NCBI GenBank assembly: GCA_903926385.1
Contig: CAIYIS010000025.1
Span: 4,405 to 68,404, forward strand
Length of the DNA stretch: 64,000 nt
Reading direction: 5' to 3'
DNA from: an uncultured Bacteroidota bacterium
Lineage (GTDB): Bacteria > Bacteroidota > Bacteroidia > 2-12-FULL-35-15
Shown here: piece by piece, positions 1 through 10,456 of the stretch
Layout: each line of letters begins with the position of its first letter
Position numbering within the stretch: position 1 is the first letter of the stretch
Notes under the pieces: generated by a model
Told to the model about the DNA's origin: nothing
Database searches by the model: none
What the model saw: the letters and a program-made list of their open reading frames with translations, nothing else
Translations under genes and position numbers: made by a program

Positions 1-3000
1 CCGACTCCGTTGTTGCAACATGGTAAAACAACAAATGTTATTGTTTGAGGGCAAGGTCCATTTATAATATTAACTGTTACTGTGGCACCAACGGCTATTG
101 CGATATTATTCCATGTAATAATAAATCCGCCACTAATATTTGTAACAACTCCTGCTGGATTACCACTTCCATCATTTAATATTGGAATAATTTGATAGGT
201 ATATGCTCCGTCATATCCATTGATAGTAAAATTTCCATTACATGTAGTAGGGTTGGATAAAGCTTCGGGAATATATTGTTCTGGAGTTACAGTAATATCC
301 ATAGGTGTTGAAATTGCACATTGTCCAACAGTCGGTGTAAAGGTATAAACGGTTGTCCCTGCAACAGCCGTGTTTACAGCCGGAGCCCAAGTTCCGGTTA
401 TAGCGGGAAGATTGGTAGACGATAATGGTAATACCGGAGCAGTCCCAAATTGACAGACATTCGATATAGCTGCAAACGTAGGTGTTATCTGCGGATTAAC
501 GGTGATGCTTAATGTGGCGGTGGTGGCGCACTCACCGGCTGTCGGGGTGAATGTATACACGGTAGTGCCAGCCGTGGCGGTGCTCACTGCCGGTGCCCAG
601 GTGCCGGTGATAGTCGGTAAATTAGTGGATGTTAACGGTAACACAGGCGCTGCACTGTTTTGGCAAACATTGGCAATTGCATTAAATGTTGGTGTTATCT
701 GAGGATCAATAGTTACAACGAAGTCAGATGGAGTACCTAGACAAAAAGTCGGCCCGGGACCTGTAGGCGTAATCACATAGGTAACCGAGCCTGAGGTATT
801 TCCGGGATTAGTAAGCGTTTCTGAAATATTTCCCGTTCCGGCAGCACTGAATCCTGTTATAGTTCCCGTAGTCAGAGAGGCTGTCCATGCATATATAGTT
901 CCGGCAACGTTGGATGTTGGAACCAATGATGCTAAAGTTCCGGAACAAATGGTTTGGATTAATATCGGATTGGTAATAGTCGGCACCGGGTCAACAGTTA
1001 TAGTTACCTGACTAACCGATGGCGGACATGGGAGATGCGTTATTGTCCATTGAAATACATTCGCTCCAGTTCCCAACCCGGTAATGCCTGTTGTTTCAAG
1101 ATTCGGGTCTGTAATAGTACCTGTTCCACTGATTAATGTCCATAGGCCTGTCTCGACATTAGTTATTGGAGCGTTTCCGGCCATTGTTGCCGTTGTTCCA
1201 CATACCGATTGATTTGATCCTGCTTCAGCCACTGTTGAAGGATACAATGAGCCAGCTACGGGTGTAAAATCAAATTCCATTAACGTATTTTCTGCTAAAC
1301 ATTCTGCAGCATTACCTGGGCAAAAATACGATAGGGATACCGGCAGCTGCAGAGTATAATCTTCTGGAGGGAATAGACACGAAGATGCTGTCACGAAGTT
1401 ACTTACTAATCTAAAACAGCGGCAGGAGGGTCCTGCTAGTGAATTTATATCAAATGTTCCTGAACCAGCAGGTGTTTGTGGAATATGAGCAATACCGGGA
1501 ATCGGGGTTCCGGCATTAGGCCCGTCACAATATAACACTTCTAACTCAGGGTAGTTCAAAAGTGCATTTATGAATGGAGAAAACAACACAGCATTCGGAA
1601 ATACACTAGTACCATTAGGATATACATATGAATTGCAGATTTTAAATGCCGATGAGTGAAAGATACCCATAGAATTAACTGTTGTTAACCCTGGATAAGC
1701 AAAAGTTATTGTAGGACTATAATGAGTTACGGGATTACTTGGTAAAATTCCACCTCCAGAATTAACAACTGTTACAGGGCCGGTTGTTGAAATACCATAA
1801 TTAGCCGGATTCTGAAAATTTTCTGTATAACCTCCTGGGGCTGTTACTACAAAGTTAGTTGGTGAAGGAACCGTATTTCCGCAATCAACACTGAAAGTTA
1901 AAGTAATTAATTCTTGCGGATGAAGATGACTAACTGGGTCATATTTCCCGTCAATTAATGGCCATTTTGGTAATGACCCTAATAATCCTGACGAACTTAG
2001 TATAAACCCTCCAGGAATAAAAGTTGGAGTAATCGGGATTCCTAATGTTACTAAATGTGATTCCCCGTCAGCAAAATGATTATCACTTGCTCCGAGAGCA
2101 TAAGGAGGGCTGGGTAAAGTTGTTGTAAGTGTATGATAGTTATCCTGTGTATATTGATATTTTGCACTGCTAAGCGTATAACCCGTTGGTACCTGGACTT
2201 CTATATCACCGTTAATATTGGCATAAGGTCTGAATTCATAAGGAAAATCTGCTTGATTTAATTCATTTATGCCAAGCGCGTCCACTACTCTAAATTTTAT
2301 ATCCATCTGATATTCGCAAAAGGAAGCCAATCCGTTTTCAACTTCTAATGTTACTGTTGGTTGAAGTACCGTTAAATTTGCTCCCCAGTCATCACAGGAA
2401 TGGTTTTCTAAAAGTGAGCCCGATAAAACACCCATATAATCAGCCCGAAAATCAATTAAATGATGTGCTTTGGGTAGATGAGAGAAAAATTCATTCGTAC
2501 CGCTAATGCCCGGGCCTGTTCGTAAGGCAAAATGAATATCGGCTATAAAATAAAATCCTCCCGCTGTGGTAAGACCTTGCAAAATACTTACAGGTATATT
2601 AATATTTTGTCCTTCCTGCAAAGAAGATAAAATACCAGATGTTAAAGTCAGTTGTCCAGGCGCTGTAGTTAGAGTTGTAAGTAGTGTCCCATTAGTCAAA
2701 TCATAAACTTTAACTGTACTTCCAGATAACATCTCAAAAATATTTGCTGACTGACTTTCTAATGTTGTCGTAAGATCATTGTATCTGAATTGTAAATAAA
2801 TGCTTTGAAAATTGTTTAAAACCCCGTTAAACGAACCTTCTATTTTTGCTTCGGTTTCATCCCCTGGATACACCCTGTCAAGCAGAGGTAAAGAAATCAA
2901 CGGTGGTATACCAGCAGAAACGCCAACGAGAGAGGCTCCTCCTATTGTAGCACTATTATAACTATAGAGTGAAGTAGGGTCAGCCGGATCAGGGCAATAA

Positions 3001-5300
3001 TACCCGAAGGTGTTGCGCAAAAATGTATAAGGCTGTTCTTGAGGCAAGGATGCCGGTATATTACTTCCTCGAGTCATATTGTAAGTTTGAAAGTAAGTAC
3101 CTGTTGCACAAGTGCTGCATGAATGATGAACAATGTGTGTCGATTTCTTTGCTATTACATCTAAACAGCTTTCATTGCAACAAATGTATTGTAATTCACA
3201 TGTAAAATTATCTGTAAATGCAGCACTTGGGCTTGATCCAACAGGTGGTGTCACAACTACCGGACAATCGCAGGTATATACAAGTGGTATAAAAACACAA
3301 TTAAGTGAAGACCCTAGGGGTAAAAGCGAAAAATCAATATCTATATAACCTGAGGTATATGCATATGGGACGTTGATTCCATCGCCAATGCATACACCTG
3401 GAGTTTCTGTCACAACCGCTTTAGGTTTATGTCCTATTCCAATCCCCCCATCGTATAAGGTAGTTTGAATTCCTGCTATTGCCGTTAATTCCATTTCAGC
3501 GGTATGATTTCCACTGTTTGCAGAAAATAATTGTGAACTTGAATAATCAAGATGATACCCAGCAGGTAGATTTATATGTATTCTGTCTTTACCATTTAAA
3601 CAATCAAACACATAATTTGTTCCAATCCATTCTTGACTAAATGAAGGACAAAAGCTGAAAACAAATCCTTGACCAGCTACCGCATCCGAAGGTCCTGTAA
3701 GGGCACTCGGACCTTCGGTATCCTTATAACCATAAAAAGCGTCCGGATAGGGAACCGTTGGAGTATAAATATTCGCAATATCAGCAACATGATAATTGTA
3801 AACGGTTGTGCCCGATGCATGATAAATCAAATTTTCACATTGATTCTGATAATAAGTATACGTGCTGATTAATAAGCTTTTCCCAATACCTCCTGAATTA
3901 TCTCGATACGTTTGTGTAAATGGATATGGGCAACTGGTGTTATAATTAAAATCAAAAGAGATATAAAAACTTTCTCCTTCATACAAATCATCCATTTTCC
4001 CGTCTCCGTCTGCATCGCACAGGCTGTGAAGTGCAGATGAACCAGGCAAATAGTTATACGCTGTTACAACCCATCCACTAAAATCCAAAATATAATAGGT
4101 ATAAGCATTTGTACCGGTTCCAAAATTAAATGGCCCTGATATTACTCCAGTTCCTGATAATGACGTTGTTGTGCCTGCTAATGTATTATGAACTGTAAAA
4201 CTGCCCGCATTTATTTGCCCTAATTCATTAAATGCCGATATATAAATCTTTAGGTTGGTTGCTTTTGCCCATCCCGGGTTGTCTGCTCCTGAAAAAGGGC
4301 CCCCGCTGTTCGTATATTTGAAGGTAAGGTTAGTGGCTCCGCTACTGCTGCAGACTTGATAAGAACCATTGTTTAACGATTGTGACGCATCTACAGTTAA
4401 ATTTGGCTGTCCAGTAACATTAAAATTTATGTTGGATGGAAATGAAAGTCCTGTTTGGCATACTGAAACCGTTGAGCAATCTGTCCCCCATGAATATATT
4501 ACGTCCCCTCCATGTCCATTGACAGAAGATGAACTGCATTTACCCCTTATACTTACATGAATAAAAACTGTGCTTAATTGAGGTACTGTAATATTTAGGA
4601 TGCTTGTTCCGCTTAATGCATTGCACGTAACTCCGGCAAATCCTGAGGAAACACTATAATCTATTGGAAGCAGGGCTAATGTGTTATTTTGGTAATAACC
4701 AAGGAAATCAACGTATGCAGCTTGTCCTGATAAATCAAGCACAGCACTTGTAATGTCTTCATTACCTGTATTTTCCAGCTTAATTACCCAATCCATTATC
4801 GTCCCAGTACTAATAAAACACGCATTGGCATTTGCTAAACTTGCAACAAGAAATGGTGCATCCACTTTCAGCGATGTAGGAGAGTTAGTATTATTTGAGA
4901 GGTTATAATTCATTATAGTATAGCCTGTCACTCCTCCATAGCAAGGTGAACTTATAGGTATATCTATAATAATACCCGTTGCAGGCGCATTTATTGAACA
5001 TGTAAATAGGGACTGTGCAGTTCCTGCTCCTGAAGCATATGTTATTACTGTAGGGCTGTAATTGCCATTATAAACAATACCGCAAGGGAACTGCAGAGCT
5101 ATATTGTTAATCGTATTTGTTGAGATGGTTAAATTATATCTTAAAAAATAATTGGTACAGGGCAACAAATCACCTATATGTTGTGTACCAGCAATTCCAA
5201 AATTGTCAGTATAAACAGTTTCAGAATTGATAGTAATTTGTGCTTTCCCATTCTGCAAAGCTAAAATTGCTATTGCTAAAAAAATAATAGTTTTTTTCAT
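1..5300 (-). CDS. Giant secreted adhesin-like protein with tandem Ig-like/beta-sandwich repeats (N-terminal ~1766 aa; C-terminus lies beyond window start)
   Basis: ATG at 5298-5300 (minus) gives MKKTIIFLAIAILALQNGKAQ, a Sec signal peptide. The minus-strand reading frame stays open to position 1. Thr/Gly/Ser/Asn-rich composition typical of Bacteroidota surface/gliding or T9SS cargo proteins. ~75-aa units (..ITGTWAPAV..GTTVYTFTPT.G.CA..) are repeated near the window start. The ORF track shows only short plus-strand shadow ORFs here, consistent with one long minus-strand ORF running off the edge. Confidence 0.7.
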   Translation of the reverse strand, partial: MKKTIIFLAIAILALQNGKAQITINSETVYTDNFGIAGTQHIGDLLPCTNYFLRYNLTISTNTINNIALQFPCGIVYNGNYSPTVITYASGAGTAQSLFTCSINAPATGIIIDIPISSPCYGGVTGYTIMNYNLSNNTNSPTSLKVDAPFLVASLANANACFISTGTIMDWVIKLENTGNEDITSAVLDLSGQAAYVDFLGYYQNNTLALLPIDYSVSSGFAGVTCNALSGTSILNITVPQLSTVFIHVSIRGKCSSSSVNGHGGDVIYSWGTDCSTVSVCQTGLSFPSNINFNVTGQPNLTVDASQSLNNGSYQVCSSSGATNLTFKYTNSGGPFSGADNPGWAKATNLKIYISAFNELGQINAGSFTVHNTLAGTTTSLSGTGVISGPFNFGTGTNAYTYYILDFSGWVVTAYNYLPGSSALHSLCDADGDGKMDDLYEGESFYISFDFNYNTSCPYPFTQTYRDNSGGIGKSLLISTYTYYQNQCENLIYHASGTTVYNYHVADIANIYTPTVPYPDAFYGYKDTEGPSALTGPSDAVAGQGFVFSFCPSFSQEWIGTNYVFDCLNGKDRIHINLPAGYHLDYSSSQLFSANSGNHTAEMELTAIAGIQTTLYDGGIGIGHKPKAVVTETPGVCIGDGINVPYAYTSGYIDIDFSLLPLGSSLNCVFIPLVYTCDCPVVVTPPVGSSPSAAFTDNFTCELQYICCNESCLDVIAKKSTHIVHHSCSTCATGTYFQTYNMTRGSNIPASLPQEQPYTFLRNTFGYYCPDPADPTSLYSYNSATIGGASLVGVSAGIPPLISLPLLDRVYPGDETEAKIEGSFNGVLNNFQSIYLQFRYNDLTTTLESQSANIFEMLSGSTVKVYDLTNGTLLTTLTTAPGQLTLTSGILSSLQEGQNINIPVSILQGLTTAGGFYFIADIHFALRTGPGISGTNEFFSHLPKAHHLIDFRADYMGVLSGSLLENHSCDDWGANLTVLQPTVTLEVENGLASFCEYQMDIKFRVVDALGINELNQADFPYEFRPYANINGDIEVQVPTGYTLSSAKYQYTQDNYHTLTTTLPSPPYALGASDNHFADGESHLVTLGIPITPTFIPGGFILSSSGLLGSLPKWPLIDGKYDPVSHLHPQELITLTFSVDCGNTVPSPTNFVVTAPGGYTENFQNPANYGISTTGPVTVVNSGGGILPSNPVTHYSPTITFAYPGLTTVNSMGIFHSSAFKICNSYVYPNGTSVFPNAVLFSPFINALLNYPELEVLYCDGPNAGTPIPGIAHIPQTPAGSGTFDINSLAGPSCRCFRLVSNFVTASSCLFPPEDYTLQLPVSLSYFCPGNAAECLAENTLMEFDFTPVAGSLYPSTVAEAGSNQSVCGTTATMAGNAPITNVETGLWTLISGTGTITDPNLETTGITGLGTGANVFQWTITHLPCPPSVSQVTITVDPVPTITNPILIQTICSGTLASLVPTSNVAGTIYAWTASLTTGTITGFSAAGTGNISETLTNPGNTSGSVTYVITPTGPGPTFCLGTPSDFVVTIDPQITPTFNAIANVCQNSAAPVLPLTSTNLPTITGTWAPAVSTATAGTTVYTFTPTAGECATTATLSITVNPQITPTFAAISNVCQFGTAPVLPLSSTNLPAITGTWAPAVNTAVAGTTVYTFTPTVGQCAISTPMDITVTPEQYIPEALSNPTTCNGNFTINGYDGAYTYQIIPILNDGSGNPAGVVTNISGGFIITWNNIAIAVGATVTVNIINGPCPQTITFVVLPCCNNGV
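270..715 (-). repeat. In-frame tandem ~225-bp domain repeats inside the adhesin gene; one copy is recoded with GC-rich codons
   Basis: Translated copies: ITPTFAAISNVCQFGTAPVLPLSSTNLPAITGTWAPAVNTAVAGTTVYTFTPTVGQCA and ITPTFNAIANVCQNSAAPVLPLTSTNLPTITGTWAPAVSTATAGTTVYTFTPTAGECA. The copy at ~500-715 uses gcc/gtg/ggc/ccg codons and is locally far GC-richer than the surrounding sequence. Confidence 0.6.
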
Positions 5301-5645
5301 AAGTTTATTTTTATTTGGTGTTGACTTATTTTAAATACATTTGTTTTCAATGTAAATTTTCGGAATAAATTTTTATTAGAAATAATTATTGAATTAAAAG
5401 CACTTATTAAGAATTTGAAATTTTACTAAATAAAAATTTAAGAAAAAGAAATTTATTTTTTGGTTGGAATTATTTGTTTGAAGGGTATTCAGAGAGATGT
5501 AATTCACAATTGAAGTGCGAGTTTTTTTAAATTTTATGATTGTTTTAATTATAAAAATCATTAATTATTTTTGAATTACAGCGTAAAAATATTAATAATA
5601 TTGAGATTTACAATTTATTTTAACAATTAAATTGCTTCCAAAAAT

Positions 5646-5673
5646 AAAAACCCGACATAATATCGGGTTTTTT
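5646..5673. terminator. Bidirectional rho-independent terminator hairpin (aaaaaCCCGAcataatatCGGGttttt)
   Basis: 5-bp GC stem flanked by an A-run and a T-run, immediately downstream of the stop of the minus-strand gene 5694..6626. Confidence 0.5.
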
Positions 5674-5693
5674 GTTGATGTTTAAGCATGAAA

Positions 5694-6626
5694 TTAAAAA
5701 GGTAAATCATCACTTCCATGCGGTATTTCCTCCAATTTGGATTCTGATTGTGTTGGGGTTTCATTTGATTGGTAACTTATATTCAGAATATAATCAGTAG
5801 CTTTTTGCGCAAGTGTAGAAGCATACACAATGAAACGCCTGTCGTTCTTGATTTTCTCCAACCATCCTTTCATGTCAGCTTCATTAGTTGAAAAGTGTTC
5901 TTTACCGAAACCGGCAAATGATTTTAAATAACAAGCACCAATTTCAGCCATGAATTCCTCTGTTGAATAAGGTTCTGCTCCGAATGCTTTTTGTTGCATT
6001 ACTTCTTTTCTGTTTACCCTGCTTTGGTGTCCGGTGCTGTGGACAAGCTCTACAAAGAGTTTACTGAAATAGCTTTCTTTGCTATCAAAACTTTCTTCTT
6101 TAGGAATGTTTACAAAATCAAGTAAAGGATTGTAATACGACTTGTTTTCTTTGTGTTTGATTTTTGGTAGGTTCTGCATGTGCATAATGATATCCTCACA
6201 AGCCTTTAATGGATTGTTTTGTAAATCTATCATTGGAATTTGAGTTTCAGGTATTCCATCGCATTGTGCAATGTTATATACACTGTTGTAACGAAGAAAT
6301 GGAACATTTGCTATTTGATCAGTCCCCTCGTCTTTTACTTCTAACCATTTCCAGAAAACAGTCATGTTACCTTTTTCACCTTCTTTGATTGTCGCCCCTA
6401 TTTCCTTTATCTGGTGAGAAGTCAGGAAATAGTTTTGTTCGTAACCAAGAGGATTGAGAAGCCATACATTAATTCCCCTGTAAGGTCTTCCTGTGATTAA
6501 GTTTTTAGGAAGCCCGGCATCTCCCCAAGGTTGTTGCCAAGGGACTATTCCCTTCTCAATTTGTTTTGTGATTCGGTTGTTTACCATTGCGTACACATCC
6601 GTTGTTGATGATTTTTTTTCATTCAT
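5694..6626 (-). CDS. ArdC-like antirestriction/ssDNA-binding protein (DUF1738 N-domain + zincin-like HExxH domain), copy 1
   Basis: Motifs VPWQQPWGDAGLPKNLITGRPYRGINVWLL (ArdC N-terminal domain) and HELVHSTGHQSRVNRKE (HExxH metallopeptidase-like). Paralogous to 12555..13598. Confidence 0.7.
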   Translation of the reverse strand: MNEKKSSTTDVYAMVNNRITKQIEKGIVPWQQPWGDAGLPKNLITGRPYRGINVWLLNPLGYEQNYFLTSHQIKEIGATIKEGEKGNMTVFWKWLEVKDEGTDQIANVPFLRYNSVYNIAQCDGIPETQIPMIDLQNNPLKACEDIIMHMQNLPKIKHKENKSYYNPLLDFVNIPKEESFDSKESYFSKLFVELVHSTGHQSRVNRKEVMQQKAFGAEPYSTEEFMAEIGACYLKSFAGFGKEHFSTNEADMKGWLEKIKNDRRFIVYASTLAQKATDYILNISYQSNETPTQSESKLEEIPHGSDDLPF

Positions 6627-6806
6627 TGCTTTATAGTATTAAATTGTGTGGAACTGTTTCCGAGATGTAGTATAGCTGGGGAAGAAATATATGCAATAGA
6701 CGAAAATTGCTATTTGTAGCAAGTGGTGGGGAAAAGAAATATCAATGAAATTTGTTGAATTTATAGCACTTTTAGCGAAATAATATTCACTAATAAATCA
6801 AAACAA

Positions 6807-7754
6807 ATGAACACTATTCAAAACAAGATTAAAGAATTTCTAAATCATTGTAAGTATGAAAAAAATCTAAGTAGTAAAACGATAAAGGCATATACAATAG
6901 ATTTGATGCAGTTTACAAAGTTTTTAATTGAGAAAAAATACTCTCTTGAAATATTGAATATTTCTAAAGTCGAAATTCGTGGATTCTTAGAATCAATTTC
7001 AGTTATGAAACCAAAATCAATAAAGAGGAAAATTGCAACAATTAAGGCCATGTTTAACTTCTTGGAGTATGAGGATTCAATTCTAATTAATCCATTTCGA
7101 AAAATGAGAATTAAGATTCAGGAAGAAAAAAAGTTGCCAAGAGTAATGGAATTAAAGGAAGTAAACTCTATGATGAAATTTGTGTATCGAGAAAATGGTT
7201 TATGCAAAGACTTTGATTCCTATAGCTATTCCGAAACATTAAGGAATACGGTTGTTATAGAGTTATTGTTTGCAACTGGTGCACGAGTTTCAGAAATTGC
7301 AAATCTCAGACTGGAAAATATAAATGTTTCAATTGGTGCTATAACCATTAAGGGTAAAGGAAACAAGGAGAGGATCATTGAAGTATGCAACAAAGAAACG
7401 CTTCAATTATTAAAAAGGTATCAGGGTCATTTCATTGATAAAATAACCGATTCTGGAGGCTTCTTTCTGATTAATCGTTTTGGGAACAAGCTTTCAGACC
7501 AGTCTATCCGTGGGATTGTAAAGAATGTATCAAAAAGTGTAGGAATTACAAAGCTAATTACACCGCATGTATTCAGGCATTCTCTGGCTACTCTCCTTTT
7601 AGAAAATGATGTGGATATAAAATATATTCAATCAATTTTAGGTCATAGTTCTATTATGACCACTCAAATTTATACTCATGTAAACCGCAAGAAACAAAGG
7701 CAAATACTCACTTTGAAACATCCTAGAAAGAATCTTATTATGATAGCTGATTAG
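6807..7754 (+). CDS. Tyrosine site-specific recombinase / integrase (XerD-like)
   Basis: C-terminal catalytic region: ...ARVSEIANLRLENI..., HVFRHSLATLLLENDVDIKYIQSILGHSSIMTTQIYTHV (R..H..R..Y box II signature). N-terminal SAM-like core-binding domain. Confidence 0.85.
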   Translation: MNTIQNKIKEFLNHCKYEKNLSSKTIKAYTIDLMQFTKFLIEKKYSLEILNISKVEIRGFLESISVMKPKSIKRKIATIKAMFNFLEYEDSILINPFRKMRIKIQEEKKLPRVMELKEVNSMMKFVYRENGLCKDFDSYSYSETLRNTVVIELLFATGARVSEIANLRLENINVSIGAITIKGKGNKERIIEVCNKETLQLLKRYQGHFIDKITDSGGFFLINRFGNKLSDQSIRGIVKNVSKSVGITKLITPHVFRHSLATLLLENDVDIKYIQSILGHSSIMTTQIYTHVNRKKQRQILTLKHPRKNLIMIAD

Positions 7755-7785
7755 TTTTCCTGAATGAAGGATAACTAAATATTAT

Positions 7786-8571
7786 ATGTTGTTTGCAATA
7801 GCAAAATTGATCCGTATTGAGAAGAGTATATCCAATTCACTTTCAATTTTTTTTCCGTTAATATACATTACTCGAAACATTTCTTTTAGTTTAAATTATT
7901 CTATTCCCATATTTTTTATGTTTGCGGCTGCTTTTGTCATAAATGATATAAATGATTTAGAAAAAGATAAAATCAATCATAGTAATAGAGCATTGCCTAA
8001 GAATGATATTTCTATTAATATGGCAATCATTTTATATTATTTCTTTCTTGCTGGTGCTTTATTATCAATTAAACTGACCGTTCCTTTTAATTATGTATTT
8101 ATTTACTTGCTTTATATTGTTCTGATTACGAATTATGACTATTTGAATATGGGATACCCATACTTGAAAAACCTATATGTTGTGCTGGTTTTTTCGATTC
8201 ACTTTGCAATACTGTATTTAATAATCCCAATAAATATATTTATATTGATAGGGTTGGTGATAAATATATTATGTAAGGAGATTTACATGGATATCAGAGA
8301 TATTAAAGGAGACGGAAAAACTTTTGCTAAAGTTATGGGTATAAAAAACACTGGTAAAGTAATTCTTTGTTTGCAATTTTTATTGTTGGCTTCTACATTT
8401 ACTGTACTCTATCAAGAATTTTCAATTATTCATTGTTTAGCTTTTATTATTGTTGTCATTACCTTTATTTCTAATGCTATAATTTGGTATCGATATAATG
8501 TACTTAATCTAAAATCCAACATAAATATTATTGTCTTTCAAAATTTTATTATTTATGGACTAATCTTGTGA
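7786..8571 (+). CDS. UbiA-family polyprenyltransferase (membrane)
   Basis: First Asp-rich motif FVINDINDLEKDKINHSNRALPKNDIS (NDxxDxxxD...RxLP) and second motif YMDIRDIKGDGKTFAKVMG (DxxDxxGDxxxGxKT). Eight or more hydrophobic helices. Very AT-rich codon usage. Confidence 0.65.
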   Translation: MLFAIAKLIRIEKSISNSLSIFFPLIYITRNISFSLNYSIPIFFMFAAAFVINDINDLEKDKINHSNRALPKNDISINMAIILYYFFLAGALLSIKLTVPFNYVFIYLLYIVLITNYDYLNMGYPYLKNLYVVLVFSIHFAILYLIIPINIFILIGLVINILCKEIYMDIRDIKGDGKTFAKVMGIKNTGKVILCLQFLLLASTFTVLYQEFSIIHCLAFIIVVITFISNAIIWYRYNVLNLKSNINIIVFQNFIIYGLIL

Positions 8572-9609
8572 TTATTTTAATGCTAAATCAGCAAGCATAA
8601 TAATAATCGTTATTATAAGGGGTAAATCATTAATAGCTAATCGTAGTTGATACTTCAATTCATCCCTTGATATTTTATCTTTTTCACTTAGATATTTGAT
8701 TTTCTCAAACTCGCTTATATTTTCTTTAGAGCTTAATTCTTTATTTAAAATTTCAATTTTAATATCTATTGATTTAGTATATAATTTTCTTAAAAGAGTT
8801 TTAGGATAATAATTAAAAACTATTAATACTGGCATTGCAATTATGGCAAGGTAAAACATAAATATTTTTACAGCTTGACCAAGTTCGGAACTATATTTAA
8901 ATGGACCATGATAATAACTATTAACTTGAAACCATACTGCAAGAACAGTAAATGTTGTTACTACATTTATGTAGGTTGAAATTCCTTCCAATTTATTATC
9001 ACTAAACAAATCTTCATTAAATTCAATATCCTCAATCGATTGCAACATTTGAGCAACATAGAAAATTTTTCTCCCAATATATACTGCACAACCATACATT
9101 GCACACCCATATATTATCATAGTGCTTTCCAAAAACTTATTTTCATAGGGAAACCTGGCAAAATAAAATAAAAGAAAAGAAAGTATAATGTGTATTGTAA
9201 CGATTCTCATAGAACTTTTGATTGAGAAATACGTTGTCTTGTGACGATGAAATATTTTATTCTCAGCCAACTTGGTTTCTCCGAAAACCCTAGATAATAA
9301 ATTTGGGATGTATTCTTGAGTTTTATAAATTTGATAGGTAAGCCCAAATAACAATCCTCCTGTTATAAAGCAATTAAAGCCAATAAAAAAGTCGTGTAGA
9401 TACTGATAAAACGAGTTTCTTAAAAAAATGTATGAAATTAATGAAATAATAAAACCATAAAGGAAGCTTATAAAAAAGCCAAGATAAACGGAGTTCATAA
9501 TAAAAAAAATATTTCTAGATTTGCTATCTTGTTTAGGGTCATTTAGCAACACATTATATTTCATGTATGACGTTAATTCCTTAAAGAGAGTTTGAGCAAA
9601 GTTTTTCAT
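8572..9609 (-). CDS. Polytopic membrane protein of unknown function with charged C-terminal coiled-coil tail
   Basis: 345-aa ORF with ~8 predicted TM segments, no recognisable catalytic motif. Its stop codon abuts the stop of the convergent UbiA-like gene (8571/8572). Confidence 0.4.
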   Translation of the reverse strand: MKNFAQTLFKELTSYMKYNVLLNDPKQDSKSRNIFFIMNSVYLGFFISFLYGFIISLISYIFLRNSFYQYLHDFFIGFNCFITGGLLFGLTYQIYKTQEYIPNLLSRVFGETKLAENKIFHRHKTTYFSIKSSMRIVTIHIILSFLLFYFARFPYENKFLESTMIIYGCAMYGCAVYIGRKIFYVAQMLQSIEDIEFNEDLFSDNKLEGISTYINVVTTFTVLAVWFQVNSYYHGPFKYSSELGQAVKIFMFYLAIIAMPVLIVFNYYPKTLLRKLYTKSIDIKIEILNKELSSKENISEFEKIKYLSEKDKISRDELKYQLRLAINDLPLIITIIIMLADLALK

Positions 9610-9793
9610 ATTGATAATATTTAGTTATCCTTTATTAACAAAAATCTAAAAAAATACGATTACGGCATAAATGTAAGGAAAATATAAATATCCTAAAAAT
9701 TCAATAAACGAACATAATGTATTTTGATGATATTTTATTTGCCATAATAGATTTCTTGCATTATAAATCTACTACAAGTATAATATAAATTAT

Positions 9794-10399
9794 ATGGTGA
9801 TTGATAAAAATGAATTCTTTAATAATTTTAAAAGAGCTAAATCACGATATAAAGAACTTCAAGATGTATCCATTACTTTACGTTTCGGTAAAAGTCCTTT
9901 TTTTACAATGCAAGCATTACTAGAACCAATATCACTTTTTCAAAAGAAAAAAAAATACTTTGTATTAATAAATTTGAAAAGAACAGATTTTCTTTCTCAG
10001 TTATCAGAGGATAATATTCTTGGTTGGTTTGGGCACGAATTAGCCCATATAGTAGAATATGAAAAATTGACCAATTTAAATCTTTTTGTTTTTGCAGTAA
10101 AATACCTGTTTGATTCAAAATTCAGATACTTCGTTGAACGAAGTACTAATGCATTTGCCTTCAATAATGGTTTCGCGCTTGAATTATTTTTGGTTTGGAA
10201 GAAATTTATCTCAATGGATATTAAAGATATAAATTACAAAAAGTATATACTTGAAAATTATTGTCCACATTGGGCTGACATCAAAGAAACCGCACAAAAT
10301 TTCGGCATAAGTAAACAAATTTATGAGTCAATGAAACAGACCAAGGTAGTTAATTTTAAGACTACTGCAAAGATAAAGAACAAAATTAAGTCAAAATAA
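9794..10399 (+). CDS. HExxH-motif protein, possibly ImmA/IrrE-family metallopeptidase-like
   Basis: WFGHELAHIVEYEKL (HExxH plus downstream E). It sits in a mobile element that also encodes an XRE-type HTH protein. The family assignment is an inference from the motif only. Confidence 0.35.
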   Translation: MVIDKNEFFNNFKRAKSRYKELQDVSITLRFGKSPFFTMQALLEPISLFQKKKKYFVLINLKRTDFLSQLSEDNILGWFGHELAHIVEYEKLTNLNLFVFAVKYLFDSKFRYFVERSTNAFAFNNGFALELFLVWKKFISMDIKDINYKKYILENYCPHWADIKETAQNFGISKQIYESMKQTKVVNFKTTAKIKNKIKSK

Positions 10400-10400
10400 A

Positions 10401-10434
10401 CCCCTCTTCGTATTTTAAACGATAGAGGGGTTTT
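10401..10434 (+). terminator. Rho-independent terminator (CCCCTCTtcgtattttaaacgatAGAGGGGtttt)
   Basis: 7-bp GC-rich stem plus T-tract directly after the stop of 9794..10399. Confidence 0.6.
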
Positions 10435-10456
10435 GAAATAAGGTTGAAAAATATGC

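Noticed and set aside
502-702. Plus-strand ORF (66 aa, Val/Ala-rich) and neighbouring short plus-strand ORFs at 3023-4560
   Set aside because: They lie antisense within the long open minus-strand adhesin frame. The GC-rich recoded repeat produces an open frame on the opposite strand. They are shadow ORFs.
6718-6735. CAAGTGGTGGGG upstream of the integrase as a possible att core copy (partial match to CCAAGTGGGCCC of the tRNA 3' end)
   Set aside because: Only 7 contiguous matching bases, which is within chance expectation. It is not called.
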